The position numbers and the translations under genes are program-made. From Sphyrna mokarran (taxonomy: Eukaryota), in assembly GCA_024679065.1 (NCBI GenBank), contig JAGIQG010000001.1, positions 130,448,001-130,512,000 on the forward strand: 64,000 nucleotides of DNA. Reading direction: 5' to 3'. The number at the start of each line of letters is the position of its first letter. Within the stretch, counting starts at the first letter, position 1. Shown piece by piece: positions 63,232-64,000 of this stretch. The notes beneath the pieces were generated by a model, which saw only the letters and a list, made by a program, of their open reading frames with translations, made no database searches and was not told the DNA's origin.

Positions 63232-64000
63232 CACAAGAACCAGGAAGAGGAGTCTGCAATTCAATCCTTTTGAGTCAGCTCCACATTTCAATATGATCAT
63301 GGCTGATCTCATGTCCATCTTATCTCCACCTTCCTGTCTGCTCCCCATAACCCTGCATATGTCTACTAATTAAAAACCTACCTATTGCCTCAAATACCTC
63401 CAGACTATGGAGTTTGCATGTTCTCCCCATGTGAGTGCTCCAATTTCCTTCAGCAGTCCAAAGCTGTGCAGGTTAGGTGGATTAATCATGTTAAATTGCC
63501 CCTTAGTGTTCCAAGATGTGTAGATTAGATGCATTAGCAAGGTAAAGATGTGTGATTATGGAGATATGGAGTTGCCTCTTCTGCACTCTGATTCTATGAA
63601 TCAGCTGCTGCACTCTGCACTGCAGATTCACAATCATTTGAATAAAGAAGTAAATTCCCACTTCTGTTTTAAATCTCAGCCCTTAGCTTAGAACTATGGA
63701 CCCTTATTCTACAATGCCCAACAAGGGAAAGCATTCCCTCTGTGTCGATCCTGTTGATCCCTTTTAGCATTTTATCTCCTCATTTATTCTAAATTCCAGT
63801 AAATATAGGCCTAAACTGCTCAAACTGTTTTCATGAGACAAATCCTTCTTTACTGGAATCAATCAATGAACCTTCTTTGTACCGCCTCAAATTCATTTAC
63901 ATCCCCCTTAAGTAAGGGGACTAAATCTGTCTGCATTACTCCAGATGTGGCCTCACTAATGCCCTTTACATTGCCACAGCATTTCCCTATTTTTATACTC
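63232..64000 (-). mobile_element. Old CR1 3' fragment with a partial + strand V-SINE at about 63400-63600
   Basis: tatgatcatggctgatct tail and actccagatgtggcctcact. The inserted segment carries the tggagtttgcatgttctcccc core. Confidence 0.7.

Noticed and set aside
1-64000. Nested MAB21L2 gene
   Set aside because: No MAB21-like ORF is present on either strand in this window.

Overview
Eukaryotic, AT-rich, repeat-dense vertebrate DNA. The repeat complement (V-SINE/HE1-like SINEs, DeuSINE-like SINEs, CR1 LINEs with (TGTTCTA)n tails, Rex1/Babar, Penelope) points to a cartilaginous fish, probably a shark. The window lies inside a large + strand BEACH-domain gene, most likely LRBA. Two small coding exons (7253-7314 and 58299-58363) splice in phase across a 50,984-bp GT-AG intron to give ...LVCMKSSSSVVELVMLLCSQ|[22 protein letters not shown]. 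The rest is intronic. It holds a near full-length CR1 with two younger CR1s nested in it, Penelope-like elements with minimal hammerhead-ribozyme motifs, decayed Gypsy pol fragments, two related solo LTRs and many SINEs. A ~3-kb CT/GT satellite with a 100-N gap produces spurious long ORFs. The most unusual object is a SINE family whose tRNA-derived promoter looks decayed and which carries a ~140-nt 5' head. That head folds into a long stem-loop kept by compensatory changes between two subfamilies. All alignments and folds were done by eye, and boundaries of old repeats are approximate.
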